Below, one piece after another: positions 39,641 through 53,092 of a stretch of DNA of 64,000 nt. A program made the translations under genes and the position numbers. Numbering within the stretch: the first letter of the stretch is position 1; each line of letters starts with the position of its first letter. The stretch is from Camelus ferus (taxonomy: Eukaryota): contig NC_045696.1 in assembly GCF_009834535.1 (NCBI RefSeq), forward strand, positions 49,292,001-49,356,000, given 5' to 3'. Below the pieces are notes generated by a model. It saw nothing but the letters and a program-made list of their open reading frames with translations, did no database searches and was not told the DNA's origin.

Positions 39641-41479
39641 CTTGGCTCTGCAAATGTGACCAGGAGTGCAGGAGGAGAGCGGGATGATTTGGGCCACAGG
39701 AATGTTTGTTGTACTGAGCTACAGAGATGCAGGAGTGCTTTCAAAGGCACAAGCCTGTAAAATGAGGACCAGTGTTGTATCGAGGGGGTAAAGAATCTTC
39801 CAGATGAATTGTCGTATTCTTGATGTGGCTCCTTGAAATATCAACTGGCATTTCAACCATCTCTGAAATGTTCTTCTACCCTATGAGTAGAGACTTTTTA
39901 CCTCCACCTAGTTCTCTTTTTTTTGTCACCCCCAGTGTGGGGAGGTAGTCTGGGCTGGTGTGGGTGCTGATAAGAAGGGTTGTGATCTCTCTAGTGGGCT
40001 CTCCAGGGCCTTTCTCATGCCAGCACGATGAGGGCTTCAAGTGCTCAGAGGCTGAGGTTAGAATGGATAATGAGGGAGGGAAGTTTAATAGTTGTCCAGA
40101 ATAAACAAAGGGACAGAAGTCTCAGGAAGAGTGAAGAAGCACTTTTCAGGAAGGAAAGGAGCTTTGGCAACTCTGGTCCAATCTCCAGTTGTCTGAAGAG
40201 GCAAGGATGAGAGGAGCAGAATGGAACATGGCTTCCAGTGTGCACCACAGACCCTGAGTCTATTACATGGTGTTACAGTGTGTTGAGACTGTAATAAAAC
40301 AGACAACAGCATTCTAGAATATGGGGCCAGCAGGAATAAAGCAATAAAGCAGTCTCTTATGTCTTACTTCTGGACACTGGGCAGAATTCTTTCAAATGGC
40401 AGAGACTCTTGGTTTCCACTGACTTTGAAAAGGAGAACTGATTGGCTTCTATAAAGAGATTTCTCATACAGTGTCAAAATTCCAGAGCGCCGGGTTGACT
40501 GCCCATTTTGGCCCTTAGATCAGTGACAGACTTTGATCGTGTAACTCCGTTAGCAGTGGGTTGACGGCACTGCCCAGCAGCCTGTAGGGGTGCCAGGCAG
40601 GGGCAGGGCAGCCTGGGGAGTTTGGTAAAGCTGGCATTCCATTTGGGTGAGGACTGAAACCACATTTTTCAGCTTGACTTTTGGGACAGTGGTGATGGAT
40701 GGGGGTGGATGAAGGACACTGAAGGAGTTGAAGCTGCAGCCTCTTTCACCCTCTTCTGTTGAACATCTCAAGTGGGGCCGACTTCCTTTGCTGTCTGTCT
40801 ACGCCTCAGAGATTCAGTTTCTCCGTGTGCAGGATGAAAGCCTCAGGGTTTTTGCATTAATAAGTGCCTTTAAAAATGTCAGATGAGAAGTGCTGAAGAC
40901 CTTTATACCAGCCACTTTTCGATCTTGTTATTTTAATACTTGCCTCTACCCTAGGCTTCATAGAAATGTAAAAGGTAATGAAGTGTTTCACATGCTGTTC
41001 TCTGTCTTTTTATTCTAATATAAATCTGTCATTGAGTGCATGCTTTAAAAACCATGTTTACTGGGGCTGGAGCACTTATTCTATGCAGCGCAGAAATGCT
41101 TATCTGGGCTTGGATTTTAGACGTATTATGTATGTTATCCATTTACACAACCAGCACAGGGAGCAGAGAAATATATTTCAAAATTGTGAGGCCTCAGTTT
41201 TAGCCTGAAAAATCTGTGGTTTTCTGTAATGTACCCTGTTGGATGAAGGTGGACCTGCTGTCCTATCGCCTGGTGAGCCAGAGAACAGGGCTGTATTCCA
41301 GCCCCCTGAGTCAGATACTCCTTTGCGTCACCTTGAGGTTGTGACTCCCCTCTCTCAGCTTTATTTTTTTTTTAGCTATAAAAGATAGGGAAAAAGGAAT
41401 ACTGATTTCTACGTTATGTTATGGAACAGTTAAGAAGCACTTTACTAGTATGAAAAAGATTTCTAAATGATCATTCTGT

Positions 41480-42200
41480 CTTACTGAGCATATTCTAAAT
41501 GTTTACTAGTTGGGAGGCAGGAGAGAGAGACCAAGTCTCTGTCCTCCATCACCTCCCAGTCTAATGAGTCAGGCTATCAGGTAAAAATCAACACCGCGGA
41601 TAAAGGCAAGGATGAAACAGAGAAACCTTACATACCGAGAGCTACCAGAAGAGGGAGCCATGGATACCACCTAGACGTTTCTGGAAAACAGAGCAGATGG
41701 TAGCATCTGGTTTGAAAAAGGACTGAAGGAAAGGTTAGGACTCTCCACACAAAGGAAGGAGCATATGCACAGAAACCATTAGAGAAAGCTCAGTGTATCT
41801 CAGGACCAGTGAGACGCTGAGTGTGGCTAAAAGTGTAAAGTGCAGGGCAGGGGCAACAAGAGTGAGGTCTGCGCCTGGAGGTGAGGATGAGGTTCTTTGA
41901 GAATGCCTTGAACTGCCGTGCGGTGCAATTAGACTTGCCTTAAGCCATCGAAAGCCTCAGAGAACCTAAATCCAGAAGTAATATAAGAACTGACGTGTTT
42001 TAAGGGAGTCCACTGTGGTGTCAGCGTGGATGAAGGATGAGAGGCCATGAGGGTGATGATAGCAATTTAGGTGAAAAATGGTGGCGGCATGCATTAAAGT
42101 AGTGGGAGTGGAGGCGGAGGAGAGGGCTGTGTCCAGGAAATATTTCCAAAGTAGAATTAATATTTAGTGACATTCTTAGGCATATGGTGAGAATAAGGGC
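41480..42200 (-). mobile_element. L2 fragment
   Basis: Degenerate L2 3' region (ctcccagtctaatg...gtgtggctaaaagtgtaaagtgcaggg...). Confidence 0.55.
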
Positions 42201-42479
42201 TGGCTTTAAGGAAGAAAAATTGTGAATATGGGTAAAATTTGTTTCTAATCCTCTGAAATCCACTTTGTGGGTTTTGGCATTTCTCCATGAGACATTCAAT
42301 CAAAATCTTCTAGACTCTTAATTCACAGTGGTGTGAATTTAGTAATTGCTGATTACAGCTTGAAATACTACTCTTGAGTGGGTGGGGATTAATATTTTAA
42401 TTGTAACTTTTACTATTATTTATATTCCTAATTTTATTATTTGTATTTTATTATGAACACAAAAATTTGTCCACAGAGA

Positions 42480-42835
42480 AGTTCATGAGAGTGTGTTTTA
42501 TGTAATGGAATCATTGCAAAACCACCTAACAGTAAATAGTTTGTTGAATCGACAGTGTATGTCCAAAGGTGATATCTAGAACAGCCATCTAAAAAGATGT
42601 AGAAGTACATTTATTGACTGAGAAAGCTGTTCAAAATGTATTAGGAAAAAAAGAAGAGTTTACAAATAGTATGGACAGTATAACCCCATCTTCCAAAAGT
42701 ACATATTTTTAAATTTGTTTCAAGGCAGAGGCAGAACAAATATTCCCCCAAAAGCTAACAGTAATTATATTTGGAAGTGAAATTATCAGTGACTTGTTTT
42801 CTTCATCAGGTGATCCTGTAAGTTCCAAATTTTCA
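42480..42835 (+). mobile_element. L1ME-like 3' fragment
   Basis: atttattgactgagaaagctgttcaaaatgtattagg...ttacaaatagtatggacagtataacccca. Confidence 0.5.
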
Positions 42836-42852
42836 TATATATATACATATGA

Positions 42853-42896
<44 letters not shown>
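42836..42896. repeat. (TA)n microsatellite
   Basis: Directly visible. Confidence 0.95.
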
Positions 42897-42898
<2 letters not shown>

Positions 42899-43259
42899 AA
42901 GATTAAATGGGAAGTTCCCATGAAGCACCAAGATGTAATGAGTATGACATTCCAAAGTGAGATTCTGGACCAGGCTGCAAAATTTCCAGGTGATTTCAAA
43001 AGCACAGTTTTACAACTTTTAAGCCCCTCATCCACGGTGCAGGCGTAAAGTGCCAGGTGTTGGTGATCAGGGCTGTGGGGCTTCCTGGAAGGATTTCTTT
43101 TCGAAGAGACCTCTACTGTGGGTCCTGTCCTTTCTCAAGGAAAAGAGCCAAGAAGAAAGGGCTTCTAGAGGACCACTGGAAGAATTTGATGTGTGTCCCC
43201 TCTAGTGGAAGGACAGTGCTCTTGCATCTGATTCTCACCTGAAAAACTGAGAGAGAGGG

Positions 43260-44060
43260 ACAGTCTAGATCCTGACAGATGAGCTCAAGTTAAGGTGGCT
43301 GCTCTAGGACAGCCTACACTCCCAGAGCTTGTGAGGACAAGAGCAGATAATTGTTTCCTGTGGTCCACACGCAAAAGAGAGCCAGCATGGGCTCCACGAG
43401 GCCCTGTTCAGTACAGCGCTAACGGACAGAAGTTCAGCATACTTCTGGATTCCTAGGGACTGTAGTAAGTAATGCCATCAGAAATAATGAATCGCCCACT
43501 TTATGGAAATTACACGTTAGTAATCTCCAACACTGGTGATGGGATGGTCTCTGGAGAAGCCAAGAAAATTTCTGTTAGGTAATATGTCCCCTGTCAGGCT
43601 CCGAAACAATGAAGGCATCTTATAACAGTACCAATCCAAACAGAACATCTTTGAGCGCCTCCTTCCTCCCTCAGGTTTAACCCTGGAGGGCTAGAAACCA
43701 CTGTTAGTAAAAGGAGGAGGAGGGATGAAAGCCATAGCACAGGAAAAGAGAAAAGGAGGATCATGATCTCGTTTCTCCAGCTCCCGGCTTGCAGCTGGGA
43801 AGAAGACTTAACAAGTCACGTCTGGAATTCTGATAATGTAGAACTAAACATATTTAATACAGCATCAAGATTAGGTTTGGAGATTTAGGGTGCTTGTAGA
43901 ATTATACCTAAAAGTGAAAGTCATGGAACTCTTTGAGTTTTCATTGATGGGCACAGAAAAGAGCATCCTCCCATCTTGCATATGAAACATTTTAAGGAGA
44001 TAATTGGAGAAAAAGAGCTACTTTATAACTCTATCAACTAAGTTCTGCCTATTTAGCACT
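43260..44060 (+). mobile_element. Possible ancient LTR (LTR78-like)
   Basis: acctaaaagtgaaagtcatggaactctttgagttttcattgatgggc resembles old mammalian LTR consensus; weak. Confidence 0.3.
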
Positions 44061-44628
44061 GGCTTTCAAATACATATCATTTTCCTATCTCTTAAGTCAG
44101 GGGCTTCTTTTTAAAGCTTTCCCACCAGTTACCATTCTGGTATCTTACTGTCATCTTTGTAGGGGCAAAAATCACCCATGGCCTGAGACTTGAGTGACTT
44201 TTCCAGAAGCCACTAGTGTTTTATAAAATACCTTTCTGTGGTGACAATGATTGGAGGGCCACTGATGCTGATTCCATATACAAACAGGATGTCTTCTCCC
44301 CTGCCTAGTTAATGTGTTTCTTTCACCTTCCTTTAAAGAGCAGAGGCCAAATTTCCCCCAGAATACTAACTTGTAACTCTTCAGGAGTTGACAGAACAGA
44401 CTACTGCTCTTTGATTCACTTCTAGGAGGCACTGGTGAACACTGCAAATTAAGCAGTCACCTACCAAATGCTCAAACAAATCCAACCATCACTGTATGTT
44501 AGCAACCACTTTTGAGAAACTTGAAAAAGAACTTTCTTAAGGCAAAGGCAGAGAAACATATCAAATCATTTAAAAATTTGAATTATACATTTAAAATCAC
44601 TCTGGGGAGCAAGATAGATATAAAACAC

Positions 44629-44631
<3 letters not shown>

Positions 44632-44683
<52 letters not shown>
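44632..44683. repeat. (TG)n microsatellite
   Basis: Directly visible. Confidence 0.97.
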
Positions 44684-44685
<2 letters not shown>

Positions 44686-45399
44686 GGGAATTTTCCATAA
44701 TATATCCTGAAGTTTGAAATAGCAGTTTAACTGAATCTGTTACATTCACCTAAGCTTTGCCCCTGATGCTACTTTTTTTTTTTTGCTACTGACTTTTATA
44801 CTAAGAAAACCATTTAGTTGAAAGATGATTTTGAGTTGAAACCAAGACAGAAAATAAAATAACAAAAAGTTAAGACTTAATAAGCTTTCTTTTGGTGTTG
44901 ACAGTGGTACCATAGTAAGGTTACGACTACTGAAAGAACAGAAGCAGCAAGAGAGGAGAGGACACGTTTCTCCTAAGCAGGCGGACACCTGGAAACCTAT
45001 CGATTAGACGTGTGGGCTCCATGTCATTGATCAGGTAAAGCTGTGTCCCTGAATGCTTGGTGCAAGCTTTCAGCTCATAGATGAATCTTCTGCTCTGGGT
45101 ATCTTGCACTCCAGAAGGTGCCCTCCACTTCGGGGTTTGCCAAATGGGTGACTGATGATGGAGACATTTAAGTTTCAGACTCTGTTGGGTAAGTGGCTAT
45201 GTAGTTCCAGCAGTAAGGATCTGGGTACGTGATGTTAAGTGGGGGGGGCGCATAGAAAAGGAAATAAGGTGAGACCCAAGCAGATCAGAGGATTCAGTGC
45301 AGGAGACGTGCTCCTGGGCTCCCTGGCGGGAGACTCCTGTGCGTTTACAGAAGCTGGGAAGGGTGCTCTCTCTCCATGTTGCCAGTCAGAATGATGGTG

Positions 45400-45662
45400 G
45401 GCAGTAGCATTATAGGACTGGTAGTAGGAAAGAGGGCTCTGGAGTCAGACCCCCATATTTCAGTCCATTTACTGATTGTATGCCTTTGGGCAGCCCCTAG
45501 TCTCCCTGTGCCTTACATGCATCGTGAGTGAAATTTGGATAAAAGTAGTACCAACATCATAAAATCGTTGTGGGATTAAAGGAGATTATAGGTAAGTTGA
45601 CAGATAGACAATCACTTAGAGTACCTTCCACATAGTAAGCGCTCGATCACGTTGCTTATTGT
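45400..45662 (+). mobile_element. MIR SINE
   Basis: gggctctggagtcagac...gtagtaccaacatcataaaatcgttgtgggattaaa...cacatagtaagcgctc. Confidence 0.85.
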
Positions 45663-45682
45663 TACAGAAAGAAGAGAAGAAA

Positions 45683-45880
45683 CTAATGCTTTATCGAGTA
45701 CTTACCATGTGCCAGGAATTATGCTAAATACTTTCCCACTTCCTCATTTCCACTTCGTGACAACTCTGTAAGGTAACTAGTTTAAGGCTGTTAAATGGCC
45801 TTCCCAAGAACAAGTTGCTAATCTGTGACAGATCTTGGATTTAAAGTCAGGTTGTCTTTATTTCACGATAGGATACTTCC
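45683..45880 (-). mobile_element. MIR SINE, tail-to-tail with the previous copy
   Basis: ttatcgagtacttaccatgtgccagg...acaactctgtaaggta...ggatttaaagtcagg. Confidence 0.8.
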
Positions 45881-47734
45881 TGTCATGTGACTCAGTGTGT
45901 GATACACAGAAAAAAAGGAAGAACAGATGTCCATTTCAGAAGTCCATGTTTCTGGGAGCTAATGAACTGTCAGGTTTCTCCTTCAATTAGAGATGCTTTA
46001 AGATGAGTGACTGGCATGCTGTTCACCTGTATCCATAAGGGAAGGCTTGTGCTGGAAGAAACAACCCGCAGATTTCATTGGCTTTTCATAGAGGTTTAGT
46101 GTTCTCACAGCAAGGCCAGTCAGTGTGGATGGATGCGGTGGGAGTGGAGCTTCTGCCCATAAGGACCTAGGAGCCTGCCTTCTTGCCATTCCTGGAGTCC
46201 TCGATTGAATCCCCTGCCTGCAGCTAGCAAAAGAGGGGAAAGGGTGAGACTGGCACATTTAGACTACTTAAGGGCCAGACCTGGAAGTGGGCACATCGCT
46301 TTCCCCCATATTCCTGATGGCCAGAATTTGACCACATGCAAAAGAGGCCAGAGAAGTAGTTTGGTTGAGAGCGCAGGAGGAAAATGGGTTTTGTGACTAG
46401 ACAGTCTGTGCCACAGTCTGCTCTTCTGGTCACTAGATATTAATTTCACCCTTCCTTCCAAATTCAGAACCCGTTGTTCCCCTACCCAAGGGAGACAGGT
46501 CTAAGTCCCAGTAATTCCTACATCCAGCTCCAAGTCCAGGATCTCTGGGCAATTCACGGCCCTCATCAGGCTTGAGGTGGAGCCTCTGGTGACCTGTGTA
46601 GTGAAAAAATAAGTTATCAGTTCCCACTCTTCACCCCTCCACACTACCTCTTTTCCCCTCAACAGACGATGGTCAAGCAATATACAGTTTAAAACACTTA
46701 TTTGGAGAAGGGCAGAATGGGAGACAGAGCATGCTTCTGAAACCATCCTGGCTGCGCGTTTTGAACAGCCTTTGCCTGGCAGCAGAGGAGGTGACTTGGT
46801 CAGACCCAGAGTTGGCTCTGGGAGGAACTCCCCTGTCCCTCTGTGCCCATGACCCTTGTGCCACCCCCTGGGAGTTTCTTCCTTCTCTGTTTTCCTCCAG
46901 GGTCACATCTGAAGTGGGCATGTGGGAATAATTCTCCCCAGCCTGCTTCCTGCTCGTGCACATTTAGGGGCTCAAGAATCATCTTAAGCCTTAAACAATC
47001 GGAAGCCTCGTTAGAGCAAGCTTGTGATTAGTTTGGCAATATAACTTCCTCAAAGACTCACCGGGCTTCTGACCTATTTGCTTCTAATCAGTAACCACAC
47101 TGAAGTTCTTTCCTGGACATAATTCTCAAGCCTGATTTTTTTTCTCTTCCCTTTCATCTCCATGTATCCCTCTCTCAGCCTCCTGGCAGCTAACTTAGGC
47201 TCACTGAAACAACAGGCTTGGATGCCAGGATGTCCTCCTTACCCTGATCTTTGCTACAAAGTCACTGTGTGTCAGCAAGAGTCTTAGTGGATCTTTGGAG
47301 CTCAGGACCTTTTCCAGTCTTCTCTATTACTATTTGGAGTCCAGCAGTAGTTGGCTCTTCTAAATTTATAACATTCTCGATCTTGACTTTTTTCTTTCAA
47401 CCTCTGCATGAAAAACACTCCTTTCTTTTCTAAGCTCCTGCACTAAAGGCATTTAAAGTAAGCAGCATGCTTTTCACTCTACCTCTTTCTAACCACTTCC
47501 CTCACAGCTTCAGGCTCGGAAGCATGTGGTCCTTTTGTTAAGTTATTGCAGATGACATTCACGTGAAATGTTTGGCCAGGGATCATCAAGGCTCTCCAGC
47601 TCTCTCCGCTTGCCGTCTTTACATCCTCACTGTCTGCTATCTTACCGCTAAAACGATACCACACATTTTAGGCTTTCAGTAAGCCAGCAGCCTGGTTTCT
47701 ATCCTAATTTCTGCATAAGACAGAGAAGACTGAC

Positions 47735-48095
47735 TGCTAGGACCAGTAACCCCAAAATATCAGTGGCTAACACATCAGAAGCTTACTCCTTCCTTATGTA
47801 AAGTCTAACTGGCAGCCAGGGTAGAGCAGGACTCCTGTCTGCACAGACACTCAGGACCCCAGCTCCCTGACTCCTGCGGCCCTGTCATCTCCTAAGTCTC
47901 GAGTCCACGGCTGGATTTTCTGTACCAGGTCTCAGACTGCCTGGAATGGACTCACACCATCTACGTTCTGTTGGCTAGAACTCATCAAAGGCCACATCTA
48001 ATTGCAAGTTAAGGTAGAAAACGTAGTCTAGCTGTGTGGCCAGGGATAAATGGATGTGAGTTGAAAGAAGGACTAATCTGTCTGCACCACACTGC
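47735..48095 (-). mobile_element. MLT1-family LTR (degraded)
   Basis: aaccccaaaatatcagtggctaacac...gacactcaggacccc...ttggctagaactca...ggccacatctaattgcaag...tagtctagctgtgtg. Confidence 0.7.
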
Positions 48096-48559
48096 CTCTG
48101 CCCTGAGTTGCTGAGACACTCTCAGCGTAGCATCTGAGAATGTAGGAGGCGAGGACAGCCTGGTGCAGGGAGTGTCCCCCTCCTGATGGATACATGTCAG
48201 TGTGCCCTTGAGATAGCAAATTAATTTTCCCCTAGATTTTATATGGAGTAAAACCCTTGAATACTGGAGGGGCACTAAATGCAAGGTATACTGTCGTATT
48301 TTCAGCTTTCAACAATTGTTCAAGTCTTATTCTACAGAAATATTTATGATTGGTTTGGCGTTCCTAGAGGAGAACTGACTCTTTGACAGGAGTTCCTTCT
48401 AAAAGACACCATCTGTCCATACAAATCCCTCCCTGTCTTCTCCATGTCAGAGTGTTTTACGTAGAAGTCATCATTATCTCCTTGTTATTACAGATACTTA
48501 TATAGTAGGAGATGTAAGATCCCAAATAAAGTAAAATCAGTAAGATCCTAGCCCATCAT

Positions 48560-48708
48560 CTCTAGAAGAAGAGTTTAAGCTGACTACACTACGGATCAAG
48601 TCATGTACTTTGCTAAAATACACATGCTGAGATCTACTTCTGGAGATTGAACTTGATTTAAAAACGCCCAGGATGACCCTGATGTTTGTCTGGTTTGGGG
48701 ATCACTGT
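48560..48708 (+). mobile_element. MER5-like hAT fragment
   Basis: ctttgctaaaatacacatgctgag...cccaggatgaccctgatg...gtttggggatcactg. Confidence 0.5.
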
Positions 48709-49469
48709 TCAGAGAAGACCACGTCGTCCTTGTCTGTCCAGATTCTGAGTCAGTATCTTTGCCCTGACTGTGTAACCTGGGACTTAGGATCGGCGTGCTC
48801 TGGGAGCTCTGGGTTTTGCACCTGGAGCCAGGCGGAAGGACCCTCTCCCATCTTTCATTTGGCTGAATTACTGAATGGTTCCTTGTTCTCTTCTTATCTA
48901 CTACCTAAGCCTGTGAGTTCTCTGGTAGCTAAATAATTAAAGGCAACTTGACAATTTTCTAAAAAATCATAAAAGGCTCTTTGTGGCGCTGGCCTGTGTT
49001 CGAAAAACGAAACAGACTTCTGAGGCTTGGGGTTCTCTTTTCTTTATGTGAGAGTAAAAAGTACGTGTAAGCAACTAACGCAGTGGGGGAAAGCTCCAAC
49101 CTTGGGGAGCTTTGCTAGTGGCACATGCCGGGCAAGAAAGAGGGAAATGGCTGTGTCTGCCAGAAACCTGCTCCCGCCTCGTCCAGTGCGACCCGCGGGC
49201 CCAGCCCGAGTTGATGAAACATTAATGCTTAGTCATCGCCCAGCCAGGAAGGGTGGGGCAGGGATGCATGTGGCCATTACCTTCAGTTCTAGGAGAGGAA
49301 GAGGTTGGGCTCTGACCCTGCAGAATTTGAGCATCAGAGGTGGGTACCCCTCCATCCTTCATTTCTCAGGCATGGAAATGATGTACGTGCAACAGTGGTT
49401 CTGGAGATTTCTTGTGTGGTCAGAAGACACCGCTGCCTCTTTCTCTTGTTCCATCCCTTCTCTCTCCAT

Positions 49470-49650
49470 GTTGTAGCAGCAGGAAGAACCTGGACCCTGA
49501 AAAAGACCTGAACTCTTATTCTGGCTCTGTGTTTAGCTAGCTCTGTGACCTTAGGCAGCTCACGCGGTGTCTCTGGGAATTTTCTCATCTGTAAAAGAAG
49601 AGGGGGGAACCTGGGATGTCTGGGATCCCTTGCTACTCTGTTATGGTTGT
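49470..49650 (+). mobile_element. MIR fragment
   Basis: ctggctctgtgtttagctagctctgtgaccttaggcag...tttctcatctgtaaaa. Confidence 0.75.
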
Positions 49651-52249
49651 GAAGGCTTGTGGTGACCTCCCTGCCTCCAGGAAGTCCTACTTGGATCTGG
49701 AACAATGGACTATCCTTTGGGGAATCACTGCCTGAGTGATATTTTAGCACATGTTTAAAGGTGATGGTTTTGAAGAAAGAATTCTAGGCTCGTCTTGGGC
49801 GTTTTGTGGAGGCAAATATGTGAGCGTTTTGACATCTTTCACCAAGAAATTTTAAAGGTATATAAATAATCAGTTTATATCAGAGGTAATAGGGAATTTT
49901 TCTGATGACCTGTGGAGTAATAGTAAGGGATGTTGCGGCTTTGCTAGTGCTTGGGGGGGAGGGGGGGCCCGGGGAAGGCAATCAAGGGCAATTCCTGTGA
50001 TGCGAGGTGGTGAGATTGCCCTCAGAACAGCAGCTACAGCTATTTGATAGTTCATCCTCTTATCCTGGGAAAAGTGTTAAAACCCCAGGCTGTCTTTTCT
50101 TCCACCGAGTAAGTGATGTTTCCAAGAGAATTGAGAAAATGTCTAGTAGCTTTCAGGTTTCTGATGCTGCCTTGAAGATGAAATGCAGCCAGGACCCAGA
50201 GGCAGAGTGGTACAGACTGGGCCCTGATAGAAACTGAGGTAGTACCCAGGTGTGTGTTTACAAACAGGGACCACATTCACAGCTGCCTGGATCTCATCCC
50301 AAAGGCCAAGTCATTGAGGGTCATTTTGGTATTTAGAGAGTGTGTAGTTAATGTGGGTTTTAAGCTGTTAAATAGAAGCTAAGTCAGTAAAGTTACTCAT
50401 CCAACTGTCTCAGGATGGCTGTGAGTGGGGTGGGTCTGGGTTTCAGGCAGGTGTCTGACAAGGTCTTCTGTGTTACCTGTGGGGTAAGATGGAGTGCTGT
50501 GGGCCAGCAAGAGTATAGGTGGGTGACTTAGTAACTGGTTAAATGAGACCAAAAGGATTAATTAATGGGTCACTGTTGATCTCTCCCCCTGGCCACAGGG
50601 ATTTATTCTTGGCTCTGTCCTGTTTGTAATTTTTAGTAATGTCTTGTGTGAGAACGTTGAATGGCATACTGAAAATATGAAGCAGATTCAGTGAGATGAT
50701 ATTTAGCAGAGGCCCATGCAAAGTGCTACCCTTGGAATCAGGATATTAGCAGCCTAGGAACAGTGTAAAGAAGGCATCGTTTAACAGCAGGATGTTAAAC
50801 ACTTTTACATCCTGTTACAGTTGGCTGTAAGCTCAGTTTGAACCGATAGTGTGATATGCCTGCCAAAAAGGGTAATGAGGTTCTGGACAGCACTCACAGA
50901 GCCTCTGTTCCGTGCCGGGCAGAGCGCACTGGAGGAAGAGCGGGCTGTTGAGGGCCCTGGGCTGAACAGCAGAAGCTGGCAAACTGGGGGTGCATGTGGA
51001 CAGGCTGGAGGGATCGAGGGGATTTATGCTGGATTAGGAGAAGGCTCGAGGGTGGGTAATTCTCTCATCAAATCCACAGCACTCTTCTGTGGAAGGGCAT
51101 TTCAGACTTATTCCGGGTGGCTCCAGAGGAACAGGACTAAAGCTAATAAGGAAGTGATGCAGTGTGGCAGATTTCAGCCCAGCACGTGGAATTGCCTAAT
51201 GACTTACCTAAAAATTAATGTACTAGCCTGGGAGAGAGTGAATTTTGCATCATCAGGGTGTCCAAGCAGAAATGGATGAACACTCCGAGAGCAAATTGTA
51301 GAAGGGAATTTAAGCAACATGTGGATCGATGACCTCTGATGGGCAGCCTAGGCATTTGGTGTTCAATGGATAGGTAGAAAAATTGCAGAGAAGCTTTTAG
51401 ATGGCATAGCCCAAGACTAGTTTTAGACAAAATCAGCCTTCACTTGGTCGGTCTCCAGTTACTGGATAATCTTTGAGTGATCTTATATTGATTCATGAGC
51501 TGAGGCTGACAAAACCTTCAGAAGAAAGATTAGGTTTTTTAGGAAACTACAGTTAGAGCATAGGAAGAGTTCTGGGATGACAATTAGGAAGCAGGAGCGT
51601 GGTGTATGGTGCCAGAATTGATCTCCAGGAGTGACCAGGCAGGTTGCTATGACTCAGTATCCTTAGCTATAGAATAGGATTCAACTTCTATTTATTCTTA
51701 GAAACTCTGAATTACAGGTTGTGCTTTGAACAGCCCCAGGGCAGAGGTATAGTAAATTATAAAAACACTTTGCGGGACTGTGATGTATATTACCAAGGAG
51801 GAGTTCCTTCTGAGCTTGAATTCCTTTGTTGAACAGATCTCTGTATGAATACAAATAATCATTAGAGACAGCTGGCTTCTGCTGTGCATCACTCTTCACA
51901 CATCCCTGTCTCTTCTTCCTGGGAATTTTGCCAGAAGGGCTGGGAGCAAGTGTTTGGGTAAGCAAGTGGGGTCTGCTGTCTGCTTCTGTAAGGCCCCGGG
52001 GGATGTATTGATTCTCCTACATCTGTAACATCAGGGAGGAACATGAGTCTAACAGACTGGGATAAATAGACTATGCAGGGCCAGCTCTCCTGAGCTGTCT
52101 TTGTTGATAGGAAGGCCAGTGAGATTAAAGAGGCAAGGTCATTGGCACTGTCAAGAGTAGAAAGTTTCTGGGACTCCTGCCTATTAAAGCTGTTGGGAGG
52201 GGAAGAGAGAGGGGAAGATCTGGGAGGCTGAAGTCCATCCTTTTCTGTT

Positions 52250-52915
52250 CTGTACTACTACACCTGCCCAGAAATCTCAGCCGTTCCCGGGATTTCAGCA
52301 ATCACCTGTGAGCAGAGGACCTCCACATCCATATCCCCGATCCCCATTTCAGACCTGTGTAACCAGATTCCTATTTGACACGTTCGTCTGAATATCACAC
52401 AGGAATCTCAAACTCAACATGTTCAAAGATGACTCACCAGTCCTCCGAAATTACTTCTGCCTTTGCATTTTCTTTACAAGTGAATGACAGCACAATCCAC
52501 CTAGTCATCCCAGGAAGAATGTTTTATTCATTCATTCATTGATCTGAAAGAAAATATTTATTTTACTGCATGCTCTGTACCAGGCAATGTTTGCTTGTTG
52601 TCAGTATAGTAGTTAAAAAACAAAACCCCTGTCCTTAAGACAGTGCATTTTAGTGGGAAGAGATTGGCCATAAGTGTGGTAAGAATAACAACAAAAATAA
52701 AACAAAACAGGTACATATATAAAAAAAGCTTGAGATGATAATAAGAGCTAAAAAGAACAATGAATAAATGGGAGGTAGAGGGGTTGGGATGTGGTCAGAA
52801 GCTACTCTGGCCAAGGTGCTCAGGACAGAAAGCTGAGGAGCTGACGTCAGAGTAAATGATGACAGTCTGCTGCCATAGGAAGATCTGGGGGAACATTAAG
52901 TGCAAAGACCTCATA
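52250..52915. mobile_element. Two L2 fragments (plus ~52250-52515, minus ~52520-52915)
   Basis: atctcaaactcaacatgttcaaa (plus-strand L2); ttcattcattcatt tail followed by minus-strand L2 body. Confidence 0.65.
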
Positions 52916-53055
52916 TCTATGTGTGTTTCTGTGTGGGCGTGCTGTGTAGGTGTGTCTGTGTGTATACCTACATACCCACATGTATATATGTATATGTAAA
53001 TATACATGTTGTATGTACACTATATATATACACTGTATACATGTATACATATATA

Positions 53056-53091
<36 letters not shown>

Positions 53092-53092
53092 A
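52916..53092. repeat. Compound TG/TA/TATG simple repeat
   Basis: Directly visible. Confidence 0.9.

Noticed and set aside
49027..49750. 149 aa and 138 aa ORFs
   Set aside because: The 138 aa ORF spans a MIR; neither shows a recognisable protein family
50783..50832. Small hairpins (caggatgt/acatcctg; ttacag/ctgtaa) with a superficial miR-30-like word
   Set aside because: Stems too short and no match to the miR-30 mature sequence
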